Shown here one piece after another: positions 38,826 to 54,275 of a stretch of 64,000 bases of DNA; within the stretch, counting starts at the first letter, position 1; every line of letters starts with the position of its first letter. Position numbers and translations under genes: made by a program. Source of the stretch: Chrysomallon squamiferum (Eukaryota > Animalia > Mollusca); assembly GCA_012295275.1 (NCBI GenBank), contig CM022671.1, forward strand, positions 34,038,001-34,102,000. Reading direction: 5' to 3'. The notes under the pieces were generated by a model. The model saw only the letters and a program-made list of their open reading frames with translations, searched no databases and was not told the DNA's origin.

Positions 38826-39836
38826 GAATCATCGATAATAACAGTGCTAAAAATAGCACAAAGCGTTTTGTAACTGGGAAGTTGTTTGGTTTACTGAAAT
38901 TTACGCGACTACGGAAAACTTTGTATTAAAGGGTCCTTTTATGAAAAGTTTGATTGAAGTTAATTTAATTTATTGATGTTGATAAATTATCACAAATATT
39001 ACGTTCAAAGTAAAATTACCAAATAAAACACAGAATAAGGCATAAAAACTAAATTTCGAAAAACCGTATGGACAATTTAACTACAAAGACCAAGTCCAGG
39101 AACCTGTTGTAGGCAAAACGATTTAGTTGCTGAAAAAATGGATTGATTCATTAAATGAATGAATGAATGAATGAATGATTTGATTAATTAATTAATTAAT
39201 TCTCGCTGGGTGTTAACTATATGTTGTCGCAGTTTTTGTTTGGCACGTTTTTCTTTACATAAACCGATACGAGAGAAAAAAAAGAAAAGAAAAGAAAAGA
39301 AACAACAATAAACACCTTTTGTTTTTCCATGAAGAAATTAATCATGTACATTGTTGAATTCTCTGTAACAACGAAGACAACAACAACAACAAAAAAAAAC
39401 ATTAAACAAAAGAACTACAAAAAACAGTCAATAATTTAGAAAATGAATATTAAAAATACAATATTTGTGTGTGTGTGAGTGTGTGTGTGTATGTGTGTGT
39501 GTGTGTGTAACACAATATAAAGACAACAATGACGATGATAGCATTATTAATTACGAAAAAATAATGACGATGATGTTGCCGACGATGGTGATTATTATGA
39601 AGATAATTCGTTGATAAATATATTCGTATATTCAATACAATTTTATTCCTTGTTAGTAAATATTTATAAAAAAAAAAAAAAAAAAAAAAAAGTTTATTAC
39701 TAAATTTACACCTGGCGCGGCAGATCAGATGTTACTTTGAAAGAGAAGACATTTATGAATACAGAATACAGAATTATGAATGATAAGCTAACACACACGG
39801 CGCACACACACAGATGTGTGTGTTTGTGTGTGTGTG

Positions 39837-39921
<85 letters not shown>

Positions 39922-40109
39922 AGAAATGTAACAAGGATGTACAAAACTGACAGTAGTAATATGATTGATCAAACGACCATCTGTGTATTATACCTATAGT
40001 TTAGATATGCCGTGTCACACTCCGTACGTTCATGCGCACTTAGGCACATACATGCACGTAAGCACATAGCGAAACAGATAGATAGCCACTGATTTAAACA
40101 CACACACAC

Positions 40110-40150
<41 letters not shown>

Positions 40151-40672
40151 TATAACTCTTCTTTTATTTCTAAGCCCATTGACCTCTCCTCCAAAGCAGC
40201 AGCTCCTGATTGTAAACATAATAAGTTAAAAAAAAAAAAAATGAATGAATGACTAAATAAATAGAGTAATATAACTGTGGTGTGTTGTGTATTCTATCAC
40301 GACTAAACTTCTATTTTATGTTTTAGGGCGGGGGGGCGGGAGGGCGTGTAGATGTGGGGGCGTGCCGGTGGGTATGGAGGTGTTGGAGGATGGAGTATGC
40401 ATGTCGCTTTCAGATGCGAAGTTTGGTTAAATTTTATTATTAATATTTATTTTACAAATAGTTTATTAATTTATTTATTTATTTATTTTTATTATTATTA
40501 TTTTTGTTTAGTTTTTTTTTTTTTTTTTGTGGTCGATTGTTAAATTAAATATTTGTCAAAAAGCAAACCAAAGAAAAATTACTTCTACAACAGCAGCAAC
40601 AACATCTGCTACTGCAGCAACTACTACCGCTGATACTACTACTATGATATGAAGTTAGATGATAAAGGCTCA

Positions 40673-40722
<50 letters not shown>

Positions 40723-41573
40723 ACGCATTAATTAAACAACATAACCGTTTGCTCTTTCGTAGACTTTGTATATATACATGTTGGTATCTATAATTATTTA
40801 TGTATAAAACTGATTATAGCAAACTGAACAATTTCATTTATTTCTTGGCCCCTTTTCCCTACATCGGCTCCTAGATACAAACAACAGCAACAACAACAAC
40901 AATAATAAAAACAGCAGCAACAGCAACAACAACAAAAATGGAGTATCACAACTAATCTCGTATTTTATATATTTTGAGTGTTTTTCAAAAAAATACGTGT
41001 GTCTGGAATATTTTAACAAAGTGTATATAAATATATAATTATGCACACAAACACACACATACAAATGTAACACACAAAAAATAAACACACATACGTACAA
41101 ACACACACTATTTGCTTTTTGTTTTTTTTTTTGTGTTTTTGTTTTGATTTGCTTTTATTCTGTTTTTTTTTTTTTTTTTTTTTTTTTTTTGATGTTTTAA
41201 ATTTTTTTTTAATCTTTGTCTATTATTCCATCATTGTCAATTTGTTGAAAAATAAAAACATAAAAATGAAATATAAATAAATTTACAACCAAAAAAAACA
41301 ACTCTCAGATGTTTATAACTCTTCTTTTTTTTTTTTTTTCGTTCTGTTTTTCAGTCTATTTACTGTATACACATTTACAATTTACATTTTGAATTCCTGA
41401 CTCATTGATGTTATTATTTTTTTTTTTTATATTTTTAAAAATAATAATAAACATAATAAAAAGCCATATAATTACTAATTGTTTCGGATGACAAGTTTAT
41501 GTAACAATATTTATCTGTGTCTGAAAAAAGAAATTCTTTGTTCTTTTTCTTCTTTTTTTTAACATTTATGTGT

Positions 41574-41605
<32 letters not shown>

Positions 41606-41744
41606 GAAAGAAACCTATTTTGCATTGTTTTATTTGTTTCAGCGTTGATACAAACAATAGACAAAAATAAATTTAATATATATTCAAATGATGCTTTTAT
41701 TTGTTTCTTATTAACCTATGTAGCTGAACCAAAAAAATAAATAC

Positions 41745-41925
41745 ATAATAATAATAATAATAAAATAAAATAAAATAAAATAAAATAAAAAACATAAATA
41801 AAATAAAATAAAATGAAAAACACAAATAAAATAAAATAAAATAAAAATAAAATAAAACGAAAAACAAATAAAATAAAATAAAATAAAATAAAATAAAATG
41901 AAATGAAATAAAATAAAATAAATAA
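41745..41925. repeat. (AAAAT)n pentanucleotide repeat
   Basis: Read directly; source of spurious FYFILF ORFs. Confidence 0.9.
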
Positions 41926-42538
41926 CAACCACCTAAAAACGTTTTGTAAATTTTCAAATGATTGTTCTATATATTTGTTTGTTTGCTGTTTTGGTTGTTT
42001 AATTACTATTGTCGTTGTTGTTGTTGTTGTTTTTAATGCTGTTGCTGTTACTGAAGTTGTTATTATTGTTGTCGTTATTGTTATTGTTGTTGTTGTTGTT
42101 ATTTTTGTCGTCGTTGTTATTGTTGTTTTGATTAAGTGTATCTGAGATTTGATCTAGATAAAAGATGCGTATTTCAAAGTAATTATTTATTTCTTCTTAA
42201 CTTGTTCCATTGATAATAAAAATATAGTAAGTAAAATTATTTTATATCTTTTAAAGTTATTGATTATTTCTTTTTTAAATGGTTTTCGAACAAACCTTCC
42301 ATGTTATGTGTTTTTGTTTTGTCTTCGTGTTGTTTTTGTTATTGTTGGTGTTGTTGTTGTTGTTGTTGTTTTGTTCTTTATGTTTGTTTGTTTATTTCTT
42401 GTTGGTTTGCTGTTATTCTTTTGTAGTCTAATCTTCATTAATGATTAAGTATAACAACAAAAAAGAAAAAAGTACAATTTAAAAATATTATCTGGTGGTA
42501 GTCATTTTATCCATAGTCGTGCAGATTTGTTTTACGTT

Positions 42539-42620
42539 TTTCTGACGTCAGAAAGAATATTATAATCAGTCCGCCATGATGATGTCATGACCGCAGGTGT
42601 GAAGAGATAACATGGCCGTA
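42539..42620. promoter_or_regulatory. CRE-containing promoter/enhancer-like patch
   Basis: Perfect 16-bp palindrome TTTCTGACGTCAGAAA (42539-42554) followed by YY1-like CCGCCAT and AACATGGCCG. Confidence 0.45.
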
Positions 42621-43954
42621 TTCAGATGTTTTGTCGCAGTATTATTTTACTGTCATACTTTGTTTGGTTTTTTAACGACGATCAGTCTACCAAACCAGAT
42701 AAAATAATAACTTGTAAATTTAAATAAATGTTTTAGGACTACAGTTTAATAAACTCACTTCCAGATAATAAATGTATATATTGTTAAGAAAACTTGTGAA
42801 CGTACAAACACTGTCAGTCACCTGAATGGAAGCAAAAACACTAATCATTTGGATATATATTAAATATATTTTGGTTATTCGCTTGTTGGAAACCGATATG
42901 CATTTAATATGAACCAAAGACAGTAAATCTTCGATTTAACAAACATTAGTTTCGCGGACTTTGGATGAATTTAGCGGACGCAACAAACTCTTGAAATCGC
43001 TTGGGATGTAGATTTCCTGTTATGCTCGATAGATCGTTCAAGCGTGGACAATGAGGATTTGGGGGGGGTCACACTCACGGAGTCCTAATTTCGTTAATAC
43101 TGACCATCTGATGCAGTTCTTTTGTCTGTGCAGAGATGGTTTACAGACAGTAACTTATTTTTTGTTTGTTTGTTTTTATAAAATAAATATTTCATATTAG
43201 AGTATTAAAATGATTAAAATTACAGTATGATCATATTAAAATATCGATTTAACGGATGTTTGAAATCAATGAAAATGAGAACCTCTGTAAAGGTGTTTGT
43301 TTGTGTATATGTGTATAATATATTTATGCTATCGTATTTTGTTTGAATACCGTCACACATACCTTTTAACAAAAAGCAAAACAAATAATCATAAAGAGTG
43401 TACAAAATGTATTCAGAATTGTTGAATTATTATTATTATTTTTTTTTTTATTATTATTATTATTTTTTTTTTTTTAAAACACCAACAGATGATCTTGCCA
43501 TTTCTGTCATAATAAAACCATCTCTTTTTATTTTCTTTTTTAAACTTCAGTAATAATGATTGTTTGTTCGCCATGACAGATTATTACTAACGTCTGCTTC
43601 TATGTTTAGGAAAAAATAAAAAAAAAAAAAAAAAAAGATGACATAAATATGCATATGATTATACATTCTCTAAATATGTATATTTATTTTATTTCATTTC
43701 ATTTCTTTTTTTGTTTCATTTTATTTTATTTTATTTTATTTTATTTTATTTTATTTTATTTATATCTAAATATATCCAACTTAAAAAAAAAAAAAAAAAA
43801 AAAAATTTCTACATATGAACCTGTACGTCTAATTTAGTGTTGTTATCTGCCTATTAATACCTACGTTCAATTCGATGAGGCTTATCTGATCAGTCCGTCT
43901 TGCTGGACGATATATGCAATTTTTATTATGTATTTATTTACTTATTAGTGTAAG

Positions 43955-44101
43955 GGAGGATGGGTTGTGTATGATTGTTCAACCCTTGTTGCTAATCATA
44001 AAGAGTAACCTCTGAAGCAGATTTCCTCTTTCTCAACACAGCTGTCCTTGGCTAAATGTCCAACATCTGTTAATGAAATGTGTTTGGAGAGGCGATAATA
44101 A

Positions 44102-44105
<4 letters not shown>
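43955..44105 (+). mobile_element. Degenerate SINE-like fragment
   Basis: AACCCTTGTTGCTAATCATAAAGAGTAACC..GCAGATTTCCTCT resembles 58728-58785 and a gastropod tRNA-derived SINE body as I recall it (unverified); ends in an (AAT)n tail. Confidence 0.4.
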
Positions 44106-44143
<38 letters not shown>

Positions 44144-45417
44144 GCTACAACTATTAATAATAATAATAATAAAATTTATTCTTTTCTTTATAGAAATGCA
44201 CGTGCGTTCCGTGAAATTCCGAACAATCAATTTTGAATAATCACGTGACATTTAAACAGAGACAAAAAAGAAAATTCCGTTGTGAGCGATTTCTCAGTGA
44301 ATAAACATAATTAAAAACTGCTTTTCAGCTTCCAAGAAAATCAAATTTAAAGGTATTTGTGATCGATAAAATCTTATTCGATCAGTTGCTTCAGGAATGC
44401 AGTACGGTCACACGATTCTTTCAAGTCTGAAGTTCACTTAAAGGACACCATACGATCTCTTTTTCATTAATTTTTTTTTTTTTTCCTTCGTTTTCCCCCC
44501 TTTTTTTGTCTTTTTAATAAATTAATTTATCCCCTTTATTTTTAATTATTATTATTTTTTTTTTATATTATGTTTGTAATTCAGACAGTCGGAGTACTTT
44601 TATTTTATTATTATTATTTTTTTTTTTTTTTGTTATTCTTTATATATTTTCTCTCTAATTCTGATATACAATCGTCTTTATGATGTTATATTTGTACACT
44701 TTTTTCCGACATGTTTCATTGAGACAACAGGGGTCTATTGATCTGGTTGATAAATTAACTATGTAACAACTGGGATTATGCTAGCGTAACAACGTATCTT
44801 GTTCAGAAAAGGAAAATCTGAATACGACAGAAAACGAAGATCATTGTTATGACTGAACTGGTTTCAAGACAGAGGTGGAACAGGAAAGGGAAGATCAGTA
44901 GAATTCAAATCAACCAATGGACATCGCGCATCGTCTCCTGGAAACAACACGAAGAAAAAGTGTCTAGTGCAAGACCGGCGAGACAGCGAAAGGATTAACT
45001 AACTGAGAAGGGGTAAGGAACCGTCTCTCACAGAACTACGCAAGACAGGAAGAAGTAAAAACAACATGGTGCAGACGTAATGGCGAGAATCGGGAGTTAA
45101 TCGTATTTTATATATAATTCTACATACACATGCAGTCATAATTAACAACAACAACAACAACAACAACAAATATTAATAATAATAATTATACTACTACTAC
45201 TACTAATAATAATAATGGAAAAAGTACACGTATAAAATTAAATAATTATTTAATTTTTTGTTCTTCAAGAGTACACATGCACTCGATACCCACCCACTTT
45301 TTATTGATCATTATTTTTATTTTTCATTTCTTATTTTGAAATATTTCTTGATATATTATTTGAAAATAGAGCTGAATATATTTTACAGTTATATAATATT
45401 CATACGAATCTTTTCAG

Positions 45418-45452
<35 letters not shown>

Positions 45453-46139
45453 AAAAAAAAAAAAAAAAGAAAGAAAAAAAGAAAGACGATTGCTTATAAT
45501 GGTAGGCTGGGGAAAATGTTTTTATTGCCTTGTATTACTCACCGAATATGAAAAATAGAAAAATAATTCCAAAACTAAATTTAAGTGTTCTTTATATGTC
45601 TGCCGTGCTGTTAGCAATAAATAACATTGTCGGTTTTTATGTACCTTGTTTCTAAACTGAAAGATGCATTTAAAAATCTAAATTTTCTTTTTTTTTCACG
45701 AAAGACTTTTTTTTTTTTTTTTTTTTTTTGTTTCGTTATAAATGCTTAATTACAAAATATTTTTCAACTGCGTTTTAAAAACAATCATAATTGTCAGAAT
45801 GTGTGTGTATTTGTGTATGTGTATGCATGCTAATATATGTAAACGTGTAACAATGAATATATATATATATATATACACACGTTTGCATGTATATTTGTTA
45901 ATATACATACACGTGTAACTATGAAGGTATATACACACATGTATATATGTAGATATGTTTCTGCATAAGTGTGTGTGTGTACATATATATAGATTATATA
46001 CACACACACACATAGATTATTCCTCTATGTATCTTTTTATAACTGCGTTAAAACAATCACTAATTTTCAGTGTGTGAGTGTGTGTAATATAAACACATAT
46101 GTATGACTATGATCGTGTGTCTGTGTAGTTGTGTGTGTG

Positions 46140-46185
<46 letters not shown>

Positions 46186-46644
46186 TACAATAAATATCGT
46201 ATTTATATAATAATGCATGTTTTAGCTATCGGAATTCGAAACAAGGCAAAATCCCCACCAACACAACCGGACCTGTACTTACAAAATTAAATGGTGTAAA
46301 CAACAAAGAACATTTTATCTTAACACAGATTTTGAACAAACACTTTACAGATAAAACATACACTTTTCACGTACACGTTTATTAATCAATTTATTTTAAG
46401 TATGATAGCATAAACGGTTTAATCTCATGCATTTGTCTTGGATATTCAGTAACCTGGGCTTTCGCTACAAATCGTGTTTGCGTCAAGAGTTAAAACTGAC
46501 ACATAAGAAAGGAGCCTGTAACGAGATGCGATCAAGGTGCCAACACATCTTGATGGTGTTGACTTAACCACAGTTGGATATTAGCGGCAAGCAAACAAAA
46601 AGCACAGTGTTGTGATATCGATGAATGATCCAAAAATAATTATC

Positions 46645-46691
46645 TACGCGATGACGTCACGGATACAGGACATGGCGGCATCGAGGTATTT
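46645..46691 (+). promoter_or_regulatory. CRE + YY1 core-promoter-like element with splice donor (candidate first exon)
   Basis: TGACGTCA at 46652-46659, ACATGGCGGC at 46670-46679, GAG|GTATTT at 46685/46686. Confidence 0.5.
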
Positions 46692-46926
46692 TAAAACTGT
46701 GTTCTTTTGTTGTTATTCTTTGTTATTAATTAAGAATGGACCGCACCAAAAACAAATAAAATAAAATAAGTAAATACAAGGAAATAAAATAAAATAAAAT
46801 AATTAAGGAAATTGGTGGGCGTCAAGCTTTTCTTGTGTTTTACAATTTGATTCGTATTTTTTTTTTTTTTTTTTTTTTTTCAGATCCGGAGTTGGTCGTG
46901 TTTGGATAGCTTAGGATGTTGGAGAT

Positions 46927-46959
<33 letters not shown>

Positions 46960-47404
46960 CAGTTAAATGTAGACAACAACTGTTTGATAATCTTTAGCAA
47001 CAATGGCGTAGTTGTGTTAATAATATATCTGATATCTTTATTATAAGCATTGTAAGTCATTGTTAAACGAAGAACGTTATCTTATTTATATAATCTCTGT
47101 TTGTCTTAAAATTATATATATATATAAGACTTAGACGTAATAACTTTATAAAATAGCTTATAATATTCGTATTGGCTGGATCATGTTTTAAGATACATTG
47201 AGGCTGAACATGATATTTCGCTTGTATGTTAAACGTACTAAGCGATCGCCATATTTCTCAATTTATATATAAATAAAACGCATTCACAGCAAACCTTTTT
47301 AGACATTATGACGTCTGAAAATTTGGATGTATAAAAACAAAAATTAACAATAAATAATAATAATTGTAGTAATAATAATAAGAATAAAAATAAAAATAAA
47401 AGTA

Positions 47405-47454
<50 letters not shown>

Positions 47455-47681
47455 TACTTTATATATATAGTATACTGTGCAAATATTGAGCATGTACTAA
47501 TGTGTAGAAGTTTCTGTTTGTACGACGGGCCTGTGGCCTTTTTATTCAATACATTTTTTAAAAACAATTTTTAGTTTATATTTTGAAATTTCTAATTAAC
47601 AAAACTTAAAAACACTTTATATATGTATATATAATGTTGGTGAGGGTGGTGTGTCAGAGTTTTTAATCCATTAATGGGTGG

Positions 47682-47769
47682 AAAGAGAGAGGGACAGAGA
47701 GAGAGAAAGAGACTGAGAGAGAAACTGAGAGAGAGACGGAGAGAAAAATATTGACAAAGAAAGAGAAAC

Positions 47770-47858
<89 letters not shown>
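47682..47858. repeat. (GA)n microsatellite
   Basis: Read directly. Confidence 0.95.
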
Positions 47859-47860
<2 letters not shown>

Positions 47861-48847
47861 GTGTACGTTTGATAATTAAAAAAAAAAAGTCATATTAAAT
47901 AAAAATCAGATAAGCATAAATCTGTTTCAGCGGGTTGGATAAATAAATGTATTAAAACGTTTCGCAGTTAACACAAACAGACATACAGACAGACATAAAC
48001 AAATACATACATACAAACATAAGTACATATACACATATAAAAACACGCAAACATACATTCCGATAAACAGATGTTCAAATAAATAAATAAATAAATAATT
48101 AAATTAATGCAAAATAGAATATATTTGCTTCACAGAAAACCTTCGACATTAAAATAAACACAAACAAACTAAATTTAAAAAATAAAAAATAAATAATAAA
48201 TAATAAACTTTACAAAATTTAAAAAGTAAGATAAAAGTAAATAAACAAATAAATAAATAATTAAATAAATAAATAAATAAAAATATTAATAAAATAATAA
48301 ATAAATACATAAAATAAAATAAAATATTTAAAAAAAAAAGAAAAAAAAAAACATTATAAAAATAAAAATAATACATCTCCATGATAAGTAAATAAATAAA
48401 TAAATAAATAAATGGTTGTTTTCTAAATCATTAAAATATATGTTTATTTTACCACGAGGTAGTAAATCGATAAAAATACACAAACAACACACCTGTTAAT
48501 TAAAACTGGTTATACTTCGTTGCTGCCCAATTGAATGCATAGCGAACTGGGTTAGAAAGATTACATGAAGTACACTTGTTCACAGAATCTATTTTCCACG
48601 CGCACCTGTTATGTTGTTTGTCGGTCCAATCACAGCTCATATTTTAACTGTTATTATTAGTAGTAGTAGTAATAGTATTTTCTTAAAAAAAGAAAGAAAA
48701 GAAAAGCCTTTTGCATACGAATGTATTACGATGTAATCAAAATATATTTGTTTATTATTTTCTTACTTTGAAGCCGACTAAAACCCTATCGCACTGTCAT
48801 CGTTGTCATCAACACCATTCTCATGATGATGATGATGATGATGATAA

Positions 48848-48890
<43 letters not shown>

Positions 48891-49439
48891 GTTATTATTG
48901 TTATTATTGTTATTATTATTATTATTATGACTGTTACTGTTTGTTTTGTTTCTTTAAATAAAAATACATATTTCATTCGTCATCTTTTAAAAAATAATAA
49001 TATAGAAGACATGAAGAAAACAATTAAATAATATAAAAAATATTTAAAAAAATAAAATAAAATAAAGACTAATATAATATTCTAATATAAACTTTATTTC
49101 AAGTTCGATAAAATATATGGAAAAATAAATGAATAAACCGCATTAGATATTTAATTTATTTAATCTACAAAACTTTTCTTTGTCATTTTTTCCCTTCCTT
49201 TTTCCATACCCGGTAACTGCACTATTTACAATAGCAATCGTAAAGGCGATTTAAACTTTACGAGCTGACAAACAAGAGTACCTGCTCCGTTGTTAACATC
49301 ACTTAAATATTTTATATTAATAAGAAAAACTATTATTACAACAATATAATGACTTGTTCTATTTTATTATGGCGGGTATTCGCAGAAATAGACTCTCTGC
49401 ATCATCGTTCTCATTGTTTGTTATTTTCTGTTTACACAG

Positions 49440-49774
49440 CAGGTGCTTGTGACGTCATTGCTTGTCCCTTTAACTACTTAGAACAACAATGTTTATCCGC
49501 GAATAATTGTATAGAGTTACAAAGAAAATGTGACAAATGTTCGAATTATATACCTGAGTAAAATTAGTTTTTAAATATTTTAGTTATAACCATAATATTA
49601 TATATTCAAGACAAAACGCCCGAAATGTTAGATGTACATATGTTGGTTCCCAGCTTGGCGGATTGATATATTTTTATTTACGACGGTGATTCGCCTGCTG
49701 TGTGTTGTCTTTGAGAGAGATATTTGATGATAAGTGTTACTTATTTAGCGTGGCATTGTTGATAAAAGGTAAGA
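49440..49774 (+). promoter_or_regulatory. CRE-containing promoter-like patch and candidate non-coding first exon
   Basis: TGACGTCA at 49450-49457, CpG-containing stretch, strong donor AAG|GTAAGA at 49768/49769. Confidence 0.45.
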
Positions 49775-50842
49775 ATTTTAAGACAATCCCATAATTTAAA
49801 ACTTTGTCTGAAATTTATTTTTTCAAGCAATTTTATTTTTTACATTTTTTTTTATTTCGCGCCGAGTTCGCTGTTGTTAACGGCAATCCCGGTCTCATTT
49901 CACCGATAAACAATTTGCATAGCAAATGAGCCGTCTGCCATGAACTTGGGACCGTTACTTGAAATATTTACTTTGTCAGAATATGTCATGCATTACGAAA
50001 AGTTCCACTAATAGACACTTCTAATTTCATAATAATGCAACTATATTAAATTTAAAGTTAAGTTTCACAGTAAGACAAAGGCTCTATAACAAGATTGTTG
50101 ATTTTCTTTGGCAGCCATTGCAGGTTTTTTTATTCGTAAACAAAATTTCATGTGTTAACTTTTTAGACCATAGATATTACCACACTAACGTTTCAGAATT
50201 AATAATATGTTCGGTTCATGGATGTTTATATAATTTAACATGAGAAAAATTAAAATATAGAATTTTTTGGACGATATTTTATTAAAATAAAGAGCTCGGT
50301 GCAGTACATTATAGTGTTTATAGGTACGTTACATTCACAGATAAATCACAGGTTTTGAATGGATAAATCAGTGATACGATTAGGATACGGTTACTTTCTT
50401 TTATTTCTCTGTTTAACATTAAATAAGAAAAAAACTTTATCAGCTGCTGTCGGCAAATACATACCGTAACCATGTAATGGTTATTAAAAAAATCTTGATT
50501 TCAATTTGAAATCAGCTGTTGTGATACGGAAATGATTAAAAAAACAACAAATAATAATAATATAAAAAAAATCCACGAAATGCTGAAAACATTAATTATT
50601 GATAATAAAAAGATTATATTATGATGTGAGAAGAAGATAGGTAAGAATATATGCACAAAATAATAATACACAATTACACAGCAACCAATAACATTCCAAC
50701 TTTGACATAAACAGTTAAAAAAAAAAAAAAAAATAATAATACTAACAAAATAAATAAATGAAATGAAACTGATAATAAATATAGATAAATATAAAACAGT
50801 TTAAAGCCAAGGATAAAAAAATTACAACAAAGAAATAATAAT

Positions 50843-50873
<31 letters not shown>

Positions 50874-52667
50874 GAAATATAAATATAAATAAAACCAGTG
50901 TCTTTTCCTGTGCTAATCCAACAGAAAATGTAACTGATAGTATTTTACAGTGTAGTCTTTTTGTACTTGGACCTTTTGCTTTAATATTTATTTATTTATA
51001 ATTAGTATTAAAAATGTATAATAAATAAATTTTAAATTTTTTGATATGGAAATTATACTAAATTAATTAACTCTTAAATTGAATTAATTTATATAATAAA
51101 ATATTGGATTGAGAGTTAAGAATTAAAATATTAAAATAAACAATTGAATATTTGCATGACAAATTATCTTAGATATTTTTCTTACTAACAGTTACTCAGA
51201 TTTTCTAATTATACATTGAAATTTGCTGCCACTATTACATCCAGTGTATAATGTAGAATTGTCACTAAACAAGATAGTTTGTAGTAAATCTGTGCACATA
51301 AATGTGGTTGTTTTTTATATTAAGTTACTTGTCATCAATTTTTTTCACCCAATGAAACAGTAAGAAATAACGTGCTTTTACCACTTTGTGTGAGCTGTTT
51401 TCATCAGATGGCAGTAAGGAACCTTTTAAGCGTTTCATCCAGTGAATATGACTGTATATGTAAATAACATAATGAATATTTGTGTATAACAGCACCACAT
51501 TTTCAGTTTTAAATTGTATATGTTTTTGTTTTGAGATGTTAGAAGACCTTGCCTTGTTTCTACCCTATGAGCTACTTTTAACAATTACATGCAGCAAATA
51601 ATGTTTTATGTGCAGTTTTCCAAAGACAAGTTGGAATTGATCTTTAGTGAATAATAGTAATTGAATTAACTTGTTCCACAATAACTGATTGCTGAGAGTT
51701 GTAATTTTTATAGTGCACCTTCATGAACAGTAAATTTAGAATTTATAGCTTCAAAGCCCTATGGCTGATACTTAAAAGGCTTTGGTGTGTGTTATCCTGA
51801 CTAAAAAACACCAAATGCAAGCAGAAGTTTATTAATTTTCTAACCATTACCTCTGCTGAGATTATTTTTTCATTATGGCTTGTTCAGAATTTTTCTTTGA
51901 ATTGTAAGAGTTGCATATCTGTATGATGAAAAAAACAAAACAAAAAAACATTTGTCAGGTTTCTTTACATGCTATACGTTTAAAAAAGATAAAAACTTCA
52001 GAAGAATGTAAAAATATTTTCCTTTATTTCCAAACAGTTTGAAAAAATAAAATGAATTATAAAAGAGCAACACTTTTTCACTATTTATCACTAACATGTA
52101 CACTTTATTTTACACTTACTTGTGACAGTAATCTTCATAATACTGTATCAGATTCACACACATAAATTACATAAATTCCAGCATAACAAAAGAAAAAATT
52201 TAACAACCAAATAACATTATTTATCAATTTGACTATTAAATTTTGTTAAAGATTCTTTGTCAGTCTTCATCTTGTGCTTGCTGTTTTTCTTTCTTTGTCT
52301 CACATGTATACACATATATTCATCACACACACACACACACACACACAAAAAAACCCCAACAAAAAACAGAACATTTATCCACTGAAACAAAAACTGCTAA
52401 TTAAATGTTAATAATACTTTTTTTGGTGTACTGGTTTGTGTACACAAATACATCTGTATCGAAATATTTATTTATATACACATGTAATGTGTTTAAGTGT
52501 ATGTATATATAATATTCAGTTTATGTACATAGAATACTTTGTTTTAATAAATTCAATGAAAGATAGAGAACATAAAATATATTTACATAGATGTCACGAC
52601 AAATAGCATAACTAAGTTGGAAATGTCAGGTGTATGTCTCGTATCAGCAATAAAATAAGAAAACTGC

Positions 52668-52698
<31 letters not shown>

Positions 52699-53201
52699 TT
52701 TGAAAAAGATAGAAGTATATTTAACACAATATCATACAGGTTTAGAAACCCTGGAACTAGTTATTATTATTATTTTTATTTATTTATTTATTTATTATTA
52801 TTTTTTTTTATCTCTTTACCAATAGAAATAATGCTTTTTTAACTGAATTTAAAAAAAAAGGAATTTTTTAAAAAAATAAGATGACTGCATGAAGAAAAAA
52901 GACTTCATATAGAAATACATATTCTCTTAACAGTATAAATCAATGAGAATATAAATTTATTTACATAATGCATTTAATAACACATTGTTATGTATAATGA
53001 TAATCTCTTATAAATTAATCACTAATTATTTTGCTATCCACATATACACACTATAAAATCTCTTATTTACCCTAATTTTGACAACATTAACCATTTTCAG
53101 AAAAACATTGATATTATTTAACAGAAAAATTTATAATATAAATGTACTAATTTGTTTTCCAGCATTTTTATCTAATGCTGGGGTTTTGTGTCATTTTAAT
53201 T

Positions 53202-53239
<38 letters not shown>

Positions 53240-53463
53240 ATATATATATATATGTGTACTTGTAAATGTGACCATAGTTCTGGTTTGAAATTTTTGTTCT
53301 GGGATTAGTTCCCCTTCTGTTAATGGCACTGCAAGATGTAATATAGAAGGAATTGGTTGTAGCATAGTGGGTAGAGTGTAAGCTTTGAGATCAGTCTTTC
53401 TTTGCACATCTGATATATTTGTTTTTTTTAAGGTCAGCTGTACACACACACACAGATACACAG

Positions 53464-53520
<57 letters not shown>

Positions 53521-54038
53521 ACATTGTTGCTAGTCATTTATTGGTACTTAAGCTTTAAAATTAAGATTATTAACAGATGTTATCCATTATTTATTTTTTT
53601 CCTGTGAAAGGTTCTTATTCTTAAACCAGGCTTTTCTGTTGTAGTTCTTTCAGTGTCCAACCTTTTAAAATCTAATTATTGCTTAAGTGTGTGTGTGTAA
53701 ATATGTATATGTATATATGTGTGTATAAATATGTATATGTAGATATATGTGTGTGTACAAATGTGTATATATATGTGTGTGTGTATAAATATGTGTATAA
53801 ATATGTGTATATATAAAATCATGCACAAAACATACATATACACATGTACAAACACCATCATCAATCGTTTCTTCATATTTGACTTAGAGGAGCTGTTAAA
53901 ACTTGATTGCTTTATCTTTTAATAATCCTGAAAAATAATTTTTTAATTTTTTTATTTAATTTTTAAAATTGTTTCTTGTTTATTGTTATAATGAGAGCTT
54001 TCATCTTACTGAAAACACATTTTGATTTAAACTATTTA

Positions 54039-54126
<88 letters not shown>

Positions 54127-54236
54127 TACATTATAATAATATCAATCATGTCAATATATTAAACTATCATAATTCATTTTTATTAAGATAATGTTCATAA
54201 TTAATTTCCTTCAAGGGTTATAATATAAATGTGGTG

Positions 54237-54275
<39 letters not shown>

